Source of the DNA: Vicinamibacterales bacterium
GTDB taxonomy: Bacteria; Acidobacteriota; Vicinamibacteria; Vicinamibacterales; 2-12-FULL-66-21
NCBI GenBank assembly: GCA_049642465.1
Contig: JBAROV010000039.1
Location: 5,567-69,566, forward strand
Reading direction: 5' to 3'
DNA length: 64,000 bases
How positions within the stretch are numbered: position 1 is the first letter of the stretch; each line of letters opens with the position of its first letter. The position numbers and the translations under genes were made by a program. Below are positions 1 to 8,444 of the stretch, in pieces. A model generated the notes under the pieces. That model was not told the origin of the DNA, did no database searches, and saw only the letters and a list, made by a program, of their open reading frames with translations.

Positions 1-1
1 G

Positions 2-895
2 GAGCTGCCGACCGGCTGGTTCGCCGATCGCTTCGGGCACCGAGCCAGCTTGATCATCGGTTCGTTCGTCCAGATCCTGGGCATGGGGTGGTGTTGGTTT
101 GGTCAAGGTGTGCCGGGCCTGCTCACCGCGAGCGTGCTCGTCGCGCTCGGAGACGCCTTCCGCTCCGGCGCGAACCAGGCCCTCCTCTATCGGACGTGCC
201 TCGCGCTCGATCGCGAACACGATTTTCAGAGAATTGAAGCGAAGACCGAAGCGATCGCGCTCGTCGCGCTCGTCGTTCTGGTCCTCATGGGTGGCGTCAT
301 CGTCCAGGCCGAAGGTTTCGCTGGGGGGTGGCTCGCCGAAGTCATCCTGTGCAGCGTGGGTCTCGTGATCGCGTGCGGGATGGTGGAGCCTCCGGCGCAG
401 TCGAACGGGACGATCGAGCAAAGAGCTGCAAAGGAGGCGACAACGATTCCGTACAAGAGGCTGGCGGCGTTGATCATGCCGGCGGCCCTCCTGGGAGGCG
501 CCGCGTCCGCCGCATCGTTTCTCGCGCAGACGGTGGGAACCTACAGTCCCGCCGAAGTCACTCTACTTGTTGCAGCGCTGACCGCCGCCGAAGCGGGAGG
601 TTCCGCGCTCGTGTCCCGATTGCCACTCGCCACTCTGCGTGATCAAGTCAAGGTAACCGCGCTGGGGGGAATTTTCGTCATCACGGCAATCGCCTGGCCT
701 CCGAGTCTGCCGGTTGGGGCCGTTATCCTCGGTTTTCTACTGGGTATCGCGCAGCCACTGCGCGCCGCTGCCATCCAGCGCCTCGCGAGCGACGACATCC
801 GCGCTCGAGCCGCGTCCGCGGCCAGCGCGTGCGACATGGCCATCAGCGTGCTCGTGCTGCCGCTCGCGGGTCTCGGACGCAGCCGGCGAACATAA
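2..895 (+). CDS. MFS-type transporter, C-terminal part (5' end lies outside the window)
   Basis: The reading frame is open from the window edge (ELPTGWFADRFGHRASLIIGS...). 'ADRFGHR' matches the MFS motif-A loop (GxLaDrfGrr). The rest is a run of hydrophobic helices. Confidence 0.6.
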   Translation, partial: ELPTGWFADRFGHRASLIIGSFVQILGMGWCWFGQGVPGLLTASVLVALGDAFRSGANQALLYRTCLALDREHDFQRIEAKTEAIALVALVVLVLMGGVIVQAEGFAGGWLAEVILCSVGLVIACGMVEPPAQSNGTIEQRAAKEATTIPYKRLAALIMPAALLGGAASAASFLAQTVGTYSPAEVTLLVAALTAAEAGGSALVSRLPLATLRDQVKVTALGGIFVITAIAWPPSLPVGAVILGFLLGIAQPLRAAAIQRLASDDIRARAASAASACDMAISVLVLPLAGLGRSRRT

Positions 896-940
896 CCACG
901 CCCGCCGCCGCGAGCCCCGAGCCCTCGAGCCTCGAGTAGT

Positions 941-1546
941 CTAGTTTTTCGGAAACTTCGGGTCCGCCTTGATCTCGCGGATCTGCAGGATGTGCCGCTG
1001 TTCGTGCGTCGAAATAAGAAGTGCCCACTGATACGCGTCGGAGCCCTGACGCTCCACGAGGCGGCTTCTCAGATCATCCTTCGTCGTCTTGACGTATTCG
1101 AGCAACTTCGCATGATGCTGGCGATAGGCGTCGAGACCTGCACGAAGGTCGCGAAGCTTCCCTGGCGGGTTCTCTGAGGGAATGGCAGTTTCGCGGTGGG
1201 TCCGATCGATGCCATACCAGAGAATGTCCTCGTCGCGGCTCGTCATCGGCCGTCCCGCCGCTCCACTCTTCACGGCCTTCTGCAGGTCGTTCCAGTAGAT
1301 CGGTCGCACGACGACGAGATGCTCGACAACCTCGAGGATGGTCCACGACCCGGGCGCGCGGCGAAACTCGAGCTGGCTCTGCGAAAGGTTGGAGACCTCG
1401 TCGATCAACCAGCTCGAGGTCATCTCCAGGTGTGAGACGAGACGTTGCCGCTCGAGCGAGGTGATCTGGGCCGCGACCGGCGAGGCGGTCGCGCATAAGG
1501 CGAGCGCCCCGACGAGTGCGGCCCCGAGTGCACTGTTCCCCACCAT
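941..1546 (-). CDS. DinB-family protein with N-terminal signal peptide
   Basis: Signal-like N-terminus MVGNSALGAALVGALALCATASPVAAQ. DinB_2-like His-containing helices (EVVEHLVVV ... STHEQRHILQIREI). Confidence 0.7.
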   Translation of the reverse strand: MVGNSALGAALVGALALCATASPVAAQITSLERQRLVSHLEMTSSWLIDEVSNLSQSQLEFRRAPGSWTILEVVEHLVVVRPIYWNDLQKAVKSGAAGRPMTSRDEDILWYGIDRTHRETAIPSENPPGKLRDLRAGLDAYRQHHAKLLEYVKTTKDDLRSRLVERQGSDAYQWALLISTHEQRHILQIREIKADPKFPKN

Positions 1547-1603
1547 CTGATTAGTCGTCAGACGAAAGCGTTGACGTCACGCCAAGCAAAGCGCCCTCGA
1601 CCG

Positions 1604-2386
1604 TTACGCCTTCTTCGAGTGCAACGAGAACGCGGCCCCCTGCGGATCCATGGCGTTCACGATCCAGTCGCCGCCCGGAACCTCCATCGGGCCGTTGAGA
1701 ACCTGCCCGCCGTTCGCCTTGATGCGCTCGGTCGCGGCGTTGATGTCCGGCACGCGGAAGTAAATCGCCCAATTCGGCGGGACGTGGGCCAGCTCGGGCG
1801 GCTTGTTCATCATGCCGCCGATCATTCCGTGCGGACGATTGAACATGTGGTATTTCCCCATCGGCCCCATATCCATCGTCTCGCTGGGCTGCCACCCGAA
1901 GACTTCGCTGTAGAACTTCATCGCCGCTTCCGCGTCGGTGGTCATCAGCTCGTGCCACGAGGCATCGCCCACTTCCGGGGCCGCTTCAGGCCGCTCCTCT
2001 CTCGATGCTGGCTGAATGATGTAGAACGCTGCGCCTTGCGGATCCTTCATCATCTGCATGCGGCCGACGGTGGGCACCTCGATGATCGGCGACAGCTCGC
2101 TTCCGCCAAGTCTCTTGATCTGAGCCACCGTATCCTCGAGCTTCGGAGTGCCGATGTACATCGACCAGAATGGCGGCATGTTCATGCCTTCGGGCCGCTT
2201 CATCAGGCCGCCAATTCCAACCTGACCCGCGCGGTTGATGACCGTGTAAGGCGTAGGCGACTTATCGAATGGCGCAGTGGTCCAGCCAACGACCTTCTTG
2301 TAAAAGGTCTCCGCGGCCGCGGTGTCCGTGGTCATCAACTCGTACCAAACGGGCCGACCGAGTAAACGTGAAGCGGTTGTCGTCAT
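1604..2386 (-). CDS. VOC (glyoxalase/bleomycin-resistance fold) family protein, two tandem domains
   Basis: Two repeats of the pattern 'W(Y/H)ELMTTD..AA..FY..V(V/F)GW' typical of VOC-family duplications. A strong GGAGG lies upstream of the ATG (reverse complement of 2387-2400). Confidence 0.75.
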   Translation of the reverse strand: MTTTASRLLGRPVWYELMTTDTAAAETFYKKVVGWTTAPFDKSPTPYTVINRAGQVGIGGLMKRPEGMNMPPFWSMYIGTPKLEDTVAQIKRLGGSELSPIIEVPTVGRMQMMKDPQGAAFYIIQPASREERPEAAPEVGDASWHELMTTDAEAAMKFYSEVFGWQPSETMDMGPMGKYHMFNRPHGMIGGMMNKPPELAHVPPNWAIYFRVPDINAATERIKANGGQVLNGPMEVPGGDWIVNAMDPQGAAFSLHSKKA

Positions 2387-2630
2387 TAAGACCTCCTCAG
2401 AAATCCAGAGCGATCAATCGATCAGTCTGTCACAACCGAGTCGAAGCGCGCATCACCCGTTCACTGATCTGCTGGGACGAACCGCGGAGCGAATGGCTCG
2501 GGTGCGAGCAGAATGGCTGGGTGCGTCGCCTGCGCCGCCCGACGCCAGCCGTGATGCCCAGCGCACCCGAAGTGACCCGCAGCAGCGTCGCCGGCTCTGG
2601 TACAGGGTCGACTCGATAACGACGCAACGT

Positions 2631-3329
2631 CTACTGCGATGCGTGCTGCGAGTGCCCGAGATCGGGCGCGTGCCCTACGGATGCCGGGGCGATACCGCGC
2701 GCGAGCAACATCACACCTGCGAGTGCAAGGACGACGGGCATCAGGGGACGCAAACGTAGACGCAATGCGGGAGGAATTGCGGAGGCGGAGATTGATACAG
2801 CGGTCAGCGCCGGCAGTGTTCCCACAGCGAACCCGGCCATCAGCAATGCGGCATCACTGATCTCACCGAACGCCGCTGCCGCCGCCACGGCTGCGTAAAC
2901 AAGACCGCATGGGAGCAAGCCGTTCGCCGCACCAGTCGCGAGCGGTCCGGCAGCGGGATGTGCGCGGCTCCACCGCGCAGCAGCGCCGCACGCGCGCGCT
3001 CCGACAGACGCGCCGATACGTGGAAGGCGGCCGAGCGGTACTGGGCGAATCGATCGGAGCGCGGCAAGGATGAGCAGGATTCCAGCAGCAACGGCTATCA
3101 CCCGCCCGAATCCGCGCGCCGTCAGAGCCCCGCCGATCAGGCCGGTCATGAACCCGAGCGCCACGTATGTCAGCACTCTCCCCAATTGATAGAGCGCGGC
3201 ATGTCGAACTCGATCGCGGCGGGAGCCGCACTGCCGGCGTCCGAGCGTCAAGACGAGCGGCCCACACATGCCCGCGCAGTGAAGACTGCCGCCAATGCCA
3301 AGCGCGATCCCCGTGAGCAGCGCGGTCAT
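2631..3329 (-). CDS. TauE/SafE- or DsbD_2-like integral membrane protein, last gene of the cbb3 cluster
   Basis: N-terminus GIALGIGGSLHCAGMCGPLV. Polytopic and hydrophobic. Its start overlaps the fixH stop by 4 nt (ATGA). This position is conserved in FCB-type cco clusters (from memory). Confidence 0.65.
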   Translation of the reverse strand: MTALLTGIALGIGGSLHCAGMCGPLVLTLGRRQCGSRRDRVRHAALYQLGRVLTYVALGFMTGLIGGALTARGFGRVIAVAAGILLILAALRSIRPVPLGRLPRIGASVGARACGAAARWSRAHPAAGPLATGAANGLLPCGLVYAAVAAAAAFGEISDAALLMAGFAVGTLPALTAVSISASAIPPALRLRLRPLMPVVLALAGVMLLARGIAPASVGHAPDLGHSQHASQ

Positions 3330-3772
3330 TGGACGAACACCGGTTGTTCGACGTAGTAGTCGCGCCCCGACACCGTCCAGCGGACCTGCACGAGCCAGCT
3401 TCCGATTTGCATCTGATCGATCTGGAGGCGCTGCTCGCCGTCAGTGCTCAATGCAAGGAGGAAGACTTTATCGGCATGTGAATCCGAGGGACGGTAGAAC
3501 GTGATCGTGCCTCGCGCCATTGGCGCGTGAGCCGGCGGCAGAACGATCTCCGCAACGCGGCCGATGACCCGAATGCGAGGCGCCGGCTGGAGTGTCCGGG
3601 CATTGCGCTCGGCGTCCATCCGTTGGTCCTGACGCAGCGACTCTGCGTAATAGTCCGGACTCACCAGGTCAACGGACCGGCCCATCGCAAAGGCCACGAA
3701 CCCGGTCGTCGCAACGGCGAAGGTGGTGTAGGCGAGCGCGATGCCGGTACCCCAGTTCATCTCGATGCGCAT
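3326..3772 (-). CDS. ccoH: FixH/CcoH-family cbb3 oxidase assembly protein
   Basis: N-terminus NWGTGIALAYTTFAVATTGFVAFAM...LVSPDYY is characteristic of the FixH family. It lies between ccoG and the TauE-like gene. Confidence 0.75.
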   Translation of the reverse strand: MRIEMNWGTGIALAYTTFAVATTGFVAFAMGRSVDLVSPDYYAESLRQDQRMDAERNARTLQPAPRIRVIGRVAEIVLPPAHAPMARGTITFYRPSDSHADKVFLLALSTDGEQRLQIDQMQIGSWLVQVRWTVSGRDYYVEQPVFVQ

Positions 3773-3797
3773 ATCGAAAACCCCTATTTACCGTTCC

Positions 3798-5225
3798 TCA
3801 CCGCGCCGGTCCGAGGAACGCCGATTCGATCACCTGCTCCACTCCCTCGTCTGTCCTCACCGAAAAGCGCACTGGCGTGCTCGCGCCTGCGAGCGCTGTG
3901 GGCGGCAGCCGCAAAAGCACTCGTCCCTCGCTCAACCCGTACGGCGACACGACACCGAGTTCGCCGAGCGGGGTGATCGTGGCGCCCGCCGGCTCGGTCA
4001 CCTGAATGCTGTAATGTCGCGCCCGAGCGGTGCGGTTGAGCGCCTGCACGTTGTAGAAATTCGCCACGTCTCCACCCGCCACAACCGTGTAGATCGTCCC
4101 GGGCTGACGCAGGATCAGGACATCGACGTCCCGGCGCCCTGCCTGAACGACGGCCACGACGCCGACCAGGACGACCCAGACGGCTCCGTATGCTGCCGCC
4201 CGCGCGCTCACCCAGCGAGCCACGCCGTTACGCACGGCGTGCTCGGATGTGAACCGAATCAAGCCGCGCGGACGGTCGATACGCGTCATTACCGCATCGC
4301 ACGCATCAATGCACGCCGTGCAGTTCACGCATTCGAGCTGGATGCCGTCTCGAATGTCGATGCCGGTCGGGCACACCGTGACGCACTGATGGCAGTCAAT
4401 GCAGTCGCCGGCGGCTCGAGCTTGATCCTCTGCCCGAGTGCGAAGCAGCCGACTCCGCGGCTCGCCGCGACGCCAGTCATAGGTGATCGTGACGGTTTGT
4501 GAGTCGGTGAGCGCCGAAAGCATGCGGCCGTATGGGCAGGCGAGAACGCAGGCCTGCTCACGAAATCTGACGAACACCAGATAGAACACGAAGGTGAAGA
4601 TCAGGATGGCGATCAGACCGACCAGATGTTTCGAGGGTGGGTCGGTGACGATGCTTTTCAGCTCGCCGGCGCCGATGATCCAGGCAAGGAATACATTCGC
4701 AATCACGAACGACAGTCCAAAAAAGACAGCGTGCTTGACCAACCGGCGCAGTGCCGCTTCAAACGTCCACGGATTGCGTTGGCGGCGAACCTGCTGCTCT
4801 GCAGATCCTTCAATCAGATATTCCAGCTTGCGAAACAGCATCTCCATGAACACCGTCTGCGGACATAACCAACCGCACCAGACGCGTCCGACAACGACGG
4901 TGGTCAGCACGAGCGTCACGAGCAGCGTCAGCGCCAGCAGCACGACGACGTGGAAATCCTGCGGCCGGAACAGCACGCCCAGGAGCACGAAGCGTCGCTC
5001 CAATACGTTGAGCATCATCAGCGGTTGCCCGCGGACCGTCACGAACGGAGCGAGGAACAGAAACGCGAGCAGGAACCAACTCAGAATCGTGCGTGCTCGA
5101 TAGAACCGCCCGGACGGCTGGCGCGCGTAGATCCATTTCCGCCGGCCGTCGCGGGCGACGCTGGCGAGTTCGTTGCGAAAGTGTTCGTGTTCCGCCGGGA
5201 GCGTGAGCGCTGATGACATGGCCAT
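3798..5225 (-). CDS. ccoG: Cytochrome c oxidase accessory protein CcoG/FixG (4Fe-4S ferredoxin-type)
   Basis: Two ferredoxin-type Cys clusters (CIDCHQCVTVCP ... CVNCTACIDAC). N-terminal 'RRKWIYARQPSGRFYRAR' CcoG signature. Abuts the ccoP stop with no gap. Confidence 0.9.
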   Translation of the reverse strand: MAMSSALTLPAEHEHFRNELASVARDGRRKWIYARQPSGRFYRARTILSWFLLAFLFLAPFVTVRGQPLMMLNVLERRFVLLGVLFRPQDFHVVVLLALTLLVTLVLTTVVVGRVWCGWLCPQTVFMEMLFRKLEYLIEGSAEQQVRRQRNPWTFEAALRRLVKHAVFFGLSFVIANVFLAWIIGAGELKSIVTDPPSKHLVGLIAILIFTFVFYLVFVRFREQACVLACPYGRMLSALTDSQTVTITYDWRRGEPRSRLLRTRAEDQARAAGDCIDCHQCVTVCPTGIDIRDGIQLECVNCTACIDACDAVMTRIDRPRGLIRFTSEHAVRNGVARWVSARAAAYGAVWVVLVGVVAVVQAGRRDVDVLILRQPGTIYTVVAGGDVANFYNVQALNRTARARHYSIQVTEPAGATITPLGELGVVSPYGLSEGRVLLRLPPTALAGASTPVRFSVRTDEGVEQVIESAFLGPAR

Positions 5226-5825
5226 TCAGCGGCAGATCTTGTCGCGCTCCGGATCGATTGGCTTGGGGCTCGCCGGCGTCGTTCCACGCTTCGACACGAC
5301 GTAGCTGGCCACCTGGACGACCTGATCGTCGGTCAACGGTTTGCCCGTACCGAATGGCATCATGCCCTTCAGCGGATAGCCGGTCTTGATGCTTTCGGCG
5401 ATCTCGTGCACGGAGCAGCCATGCAGCCAATACTCGTCGGTCAGGTTTGGACCGACCATCCCTCCGAGGTCGGGCCGATGGCAGGACGCGCACACATTGT
5501 CAACGCTTTCAAACACGGCACGCCCCTTCGCGAGGCTGTCGGCGTCCGTCAGAGGCGCGACGTCATGAGCCGTGTGTGAGGGCGCGGCGCTCGCAATCTT
5601 CCCTGCCGCCTCGATCTCGGCGTTGTACTCTGCGACCATCCCCGCTTTTCCAAACAGCGGCTGAGCGAGGACGTGATAGTTCAGCATGTAAACGACGGCG
5701 AATCCGATAGTGAAATAGAACCCATACAGCCACCACCTGGGCAGCGCGTTATCGAACTCGCGGATGCCGTCCGCCTCGTGATCGAGCAGTGCATCGCGCT
5801 TGCTGTCTTCTCCCTGGCGACTCAT
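5226..5825 (-). CDS. ccoP: cbb3-type cytochrome c oxidase subunit III-like (CcoP), monoheme
   Basis: CcoP N-terminal domain (HEADGIREFDNALPRWWLYGFYFTI). A single CxxCH motif (CASCH) in 199 aa. Confidence 0.8.
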   Translation of the reverse strand: MSRQGEDSKRDALLDHEADGIREFDNALPRWWLYGFYFTIGFAVVYMLNYHVLAQPLFGKAGMVAEYNAEIEAAGKIASAAPSHTAHDVAPLTDADSLAKGRAVFESVDNVCASCHRPDLGGMVGPNLTDEYWLHGCSVHEIAESIKTGYPLKGMMPFGTGKPLTDDQVVQVASYVVSKRGTTPASPKPIDPERDKICR

Positions 5826-6025
5826 GATTGGACCTCCGCTTCACCGCGCGCGACCGTGTCGAGCGGCCCATCGAGTGGAAGCCCGGAGAGCCGCTGCACT
5901 TCAGCCCGATCCATCTGAATCGTGCGCCACAGCACGGACGCGAACACCGCGACGAACAACAGCAACGAGATCACCGGAAAGATGCCGATGTCCGTGATGC
6001 TGCGCAAAATCTCTTTGTGCATCAC
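5822..6025 (-). CDS. ccoQ: CcoQ/FixQ-like small membrane subunit
   Basis: 67 aa with one TM helix (GIFPVISLLLFVAVFASVLW). ATGA overlaps with both the ccoNO stop and the ccoP start. Call rests mainly on position in the operon. Confidence 0.55.
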   Translation of the reverse strand: MMHKEILRSITDIGIFPVISLLLFVAVFASVLWRTIQMDRAEVQRLSGLPLDGPLDTVARGEAEVQS

Positions 6026-8241
6026 TGGCCTCCCGGGCGGCCGCCCACTGTCGGTCGGGAATCGTGCGCCTGGTTTTGAACGGCGGGCGTCTTGATGTCC
6101 GTACCGAGGCGCTGCAGGTAGGCGATGAGCGCGATGATTTCTCGATCGGCCTGGGTCTCGAACCCGCCCCGCGTCAAGCCATCCGCAATCGTGACGGCCT
6201 GGCTACGAAGGTCCGACTCCGCCTGGCGCTCGTAACCATCGCCATATGGCACGCCCAGGCGTCGCAACGTGATGATCTTGCCTTCGATATGCGACGTGTC
6301 CAGCTTGGTCTGAAACATCCACAGATAGCCGGGCATGAGCGAACGCGGCGACGTCGCGGTCGGCGTCCTCATGTGCACGAAGTGCCAGGAATCCGGATAC
6401 TTGCCGCCGACGCGGTGCAGATCGGGTCCGGTCCGCTTCGAGCCCCACAAGAATGGATGATCGAAAACGAACTCACCAGCCTTGGAATACTCGCCATAGC
6501 GGGCCGTTTCCGAGCGCATCGGCCTCACCATCTGCGAATGGCACCCGACGCAACCTTCGCGGATGTAGAGGTCGCGCCCTTCGATCTCGAGCGGCGTGTA
6601 CGGCTTGACCGAGGCGATCGTCGGGACGTTCGAGCGGACGAGGGCGGTCGGCACGAACTCGACGACACCGCCGACGACCACCGCCACAAACGTGAGCACC
6701 GCGAACTGGACGGGTCGCGACTCGAGCCGGCGATGCCACGCGCCGGGGGTCGTGCCTGACGCATGCGCGAGCCGCGGCGCCTGCGCCTCTTCAGCGGCGA
6801 CGAATGTTCCGTGACGCGCGGTGAGATAGAGGTTCAGAACGGCGATGCATGCGCCAGCCAGATACAGCGTCCCGCCCGCCGCCCGCAACGCATACATCGG
6901 AGCCAGGCGTACAACGGTCTCGAGGAAATTGGGGTTGCGCAGCGTCCCCTGCGCGGTGAACTCCTGCCACATGAGACTCTGCGTGATTCCCGCCACGTAC
7001 AACGGGATGGCGTAGAACAGGATCCCGAGCGTCGCCAGCCAGAAGTGCACGTTCGCCAACCGCACCGAATACAACTTCGTTCCGTAGATGCGCGGGATGA
7101 TGTAGTAGAGCATGGCGAAAGCGAGTCCGCCGTTCCATGCGAGGGCGCCCAGATGGACGTGGCCGATGATGTAGTCCGTGTAGTGCGTGAGCGCGTTGAC
7201 GTTCTTGAGGGACATCATCGGCCCCTCGAACGTGGACATGCCGTACGCGGTGACGCCGACGACCATGAACTTGAGCACCGGGCTCTCGCGCACGCGATCC
7301 CAGGCGCCCCGAAGCGTCAGCAATCCGTTCACCATCCCGCCCCATGAGGGCGCGATGAGCATGACCGAGAACACCGTGCCGAGCGACTGGGCCCAGTCGG
7401 GAAGCGCCGTGTACAGGAGGTGATGCGGGCCGGCCCAGATGTAGAGAAAGATCAGCGACCAGAAATGGACGATCGACAGCCGATAGGAGAATACCGGCCG
7501 ATTCGCCACTTTGGGAATGAAGTAATACATCACTCCGAGAAACGGCGTCGTCAGGAAAAAGGCGACGGCATTGTGTCCGTACCACCACTGCACGAGCGCA
7601 TCCTGCACGCCCGCATACATCGAATAACTTTTCAGCAGGCTGACGGGCAGTTCGAGCGAATTGACGACGTGCAGGAGCGCGACCGTGACGAACGTGGCGA
7701 GATAGAACCAGATCGACACGTACATGTGGCGTTCGCGGCGTTTCGCGATGGTGCCGAGCATGTTCCATCCGAACACCACCCAGACCAGCGTGATCAGGAT
7801 GTCAATCGGCCATTCGAGTTCCGCGTACTCCTTGCTCGTCGTGATGCCGAGCGGAAGCGTCAGCGCCGCGAGAACGATGATGAACTGCCAACCCCAGAAA
7901 TGGATGGCGCTCAGGCGGTCGCTGAACATGCGGGCTTTGCAGAGGCGCTGGAGCGAGTAGTAGACGCCGACGAAGATGGCGTTGCCGGCAAAGGCGAAGA
8001 TCGCGGCGTTGGTGTGCAGCGGCCGCAAGCGGCCGTACGACAGGTACGGGATGTCAGGCAGGAGCCACGGAAACACCAGCTTCAGCGCAACGATCAGGCC
8101 GACGAGGAAGGCGACAAGCCCCCAGGCGGCTGTTGCGATCGCGAATTTCCGAACAACCACGTTGTCGTAGGCAAACGTCTCAACGCCCATGTCCCGTTCG
8201 GGGACCTTGGCGACGGCAGTCTCGGTAATCAACATCGGCAT
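6022..8241 (-). CDS. ccoNO: Fused cbb3-type cytochrome c oxidase subunits I+II (CcoN-CcoO)
   Basis: Long polytopic heme-copper oxidase region followed by the CcoO signature (GCVGCHSQMVRP...RYGEYS...FLWGSKRTGPDLHRVGGKY..WH..H). Start placed at ATG 8241 (MPMLITE), 2 nt after the ccoS stop. The ORF-track start at 8343 would overlap ccoS by about 100 nt. Confidence 0.9.
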   Translation of the reverse strand: MPMLITETAVAKVPERDMGVETFAYDNVVVRKFAIATAAWGLVAFLVGLIVALKLVFPWLLPDIPYLSYGRLRPLHTNAAIFAFAGNAIFVGVYYSLQRLCKARMFSDRLSAIHFWGWQFIIVLAALTLPLGITTSKEYAELEWPIDILITLVWVVFGWNMLGTIAKRRERHMYVSIWFYLATFVTVALLHVVNSLELPVSLLKSYSMYAGVQDALVQWWYGHNAVAFFLTTPFLGVMYYFIPKVANRPVFSYRLSIVHFWSLIFLYIWAGPHHLLYTALPDWAQSLGTVFSVMLIAPSWGGMVNGLLTLRGAWDRVRESPVLKFMVVGVTAYGMSTFEGPMMSLKNVNALTHYTDYIIGHVHLGALAWNGGLAFAMLYYIIPRIYGTKLYSVRLANVHFWLATLGILFYAIPLYVAGITQSLMWQEFTAQGTLRNPNFLETVVRLAPMYALRAAGGTLYLAGACIAVLNLYLTARHGTFVAAEEAQAPRLAHASGTTPGAWHRRLESRPVQFAVLTFVAVVVGGVVEFVPTALVRSNVPTIASVKPYTPLEIEGRDLYIREGCVGCHSQMVRPMRSETARYGEYSKAGEFVFDHPFLWGSKRTGPDLHRVGGKYPDSWHFVHMRTPTATSPRSLMPGYLWMFQTKLDTSHIEGKIITLRRLGVPYGDGYERQAESDLRSQAVTIADGLTRGGFETQADREIIALIAYLQRLGTDIKTPAVQNQAHDSRPTVGGRPGGQ

Positions 8242-8243
8242 GT

Positions 8244-8444
8244 TCAGCACCTTCTCGAATCGACCTTCGGCTCGCTCTGGCCACGCTGCGCCGTGGCGCA
8301 CTCGTCGTGGTGATCCAGCAGCACGCGCATGGCAGGGGTGCACGTGTCGTCAAATTGCCCCGACCTGACGGCCCAGACGAACGCGCCCAGAAACCCGGCG
8401 GCCACGAGTCCTCCTGCCACGATGAGCAGCACGATGACACTCAT
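8244..8444 (-). CDS. ccoS: cbb3 oxidase maturation protein CcoS/FixS
   Basis: MSVIVLLIVAGGLVAAGFLGAFVWAVRSGQFDD matches the CcoS signature. The start is internal to the track ORF 8244..8609 and forms an ATGA overlap with the ccoI stop (8441-8444). Confidence 0.85.
   Translation of the reverse strand: MSVIVLLIVAGGLVAAGFLGAFVWAVRSGQFDDTCTPAMRVLLDHHDECATAQRGQSEPKVDSRRC

Noticed and set aside
2387-2630. 244-bp gap after the cbb3 cluster, checked for tRNA, ncRNA or a small gene (track ORF 2430-2627).
   Set aside because: No cloverleaf-like features or conserved motifs were recognised. The ORF product is Arg-rich and low-complexity.
8242-8343. Upstream extension of ccoNO (MHPCHARAAGSPRRVRH...).
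   Set aside because: It would overlap ccoS by about 100 nt. The conserved CcoN sequence begins at MPMLITE (8241), 2 nt after the ccoS stop.
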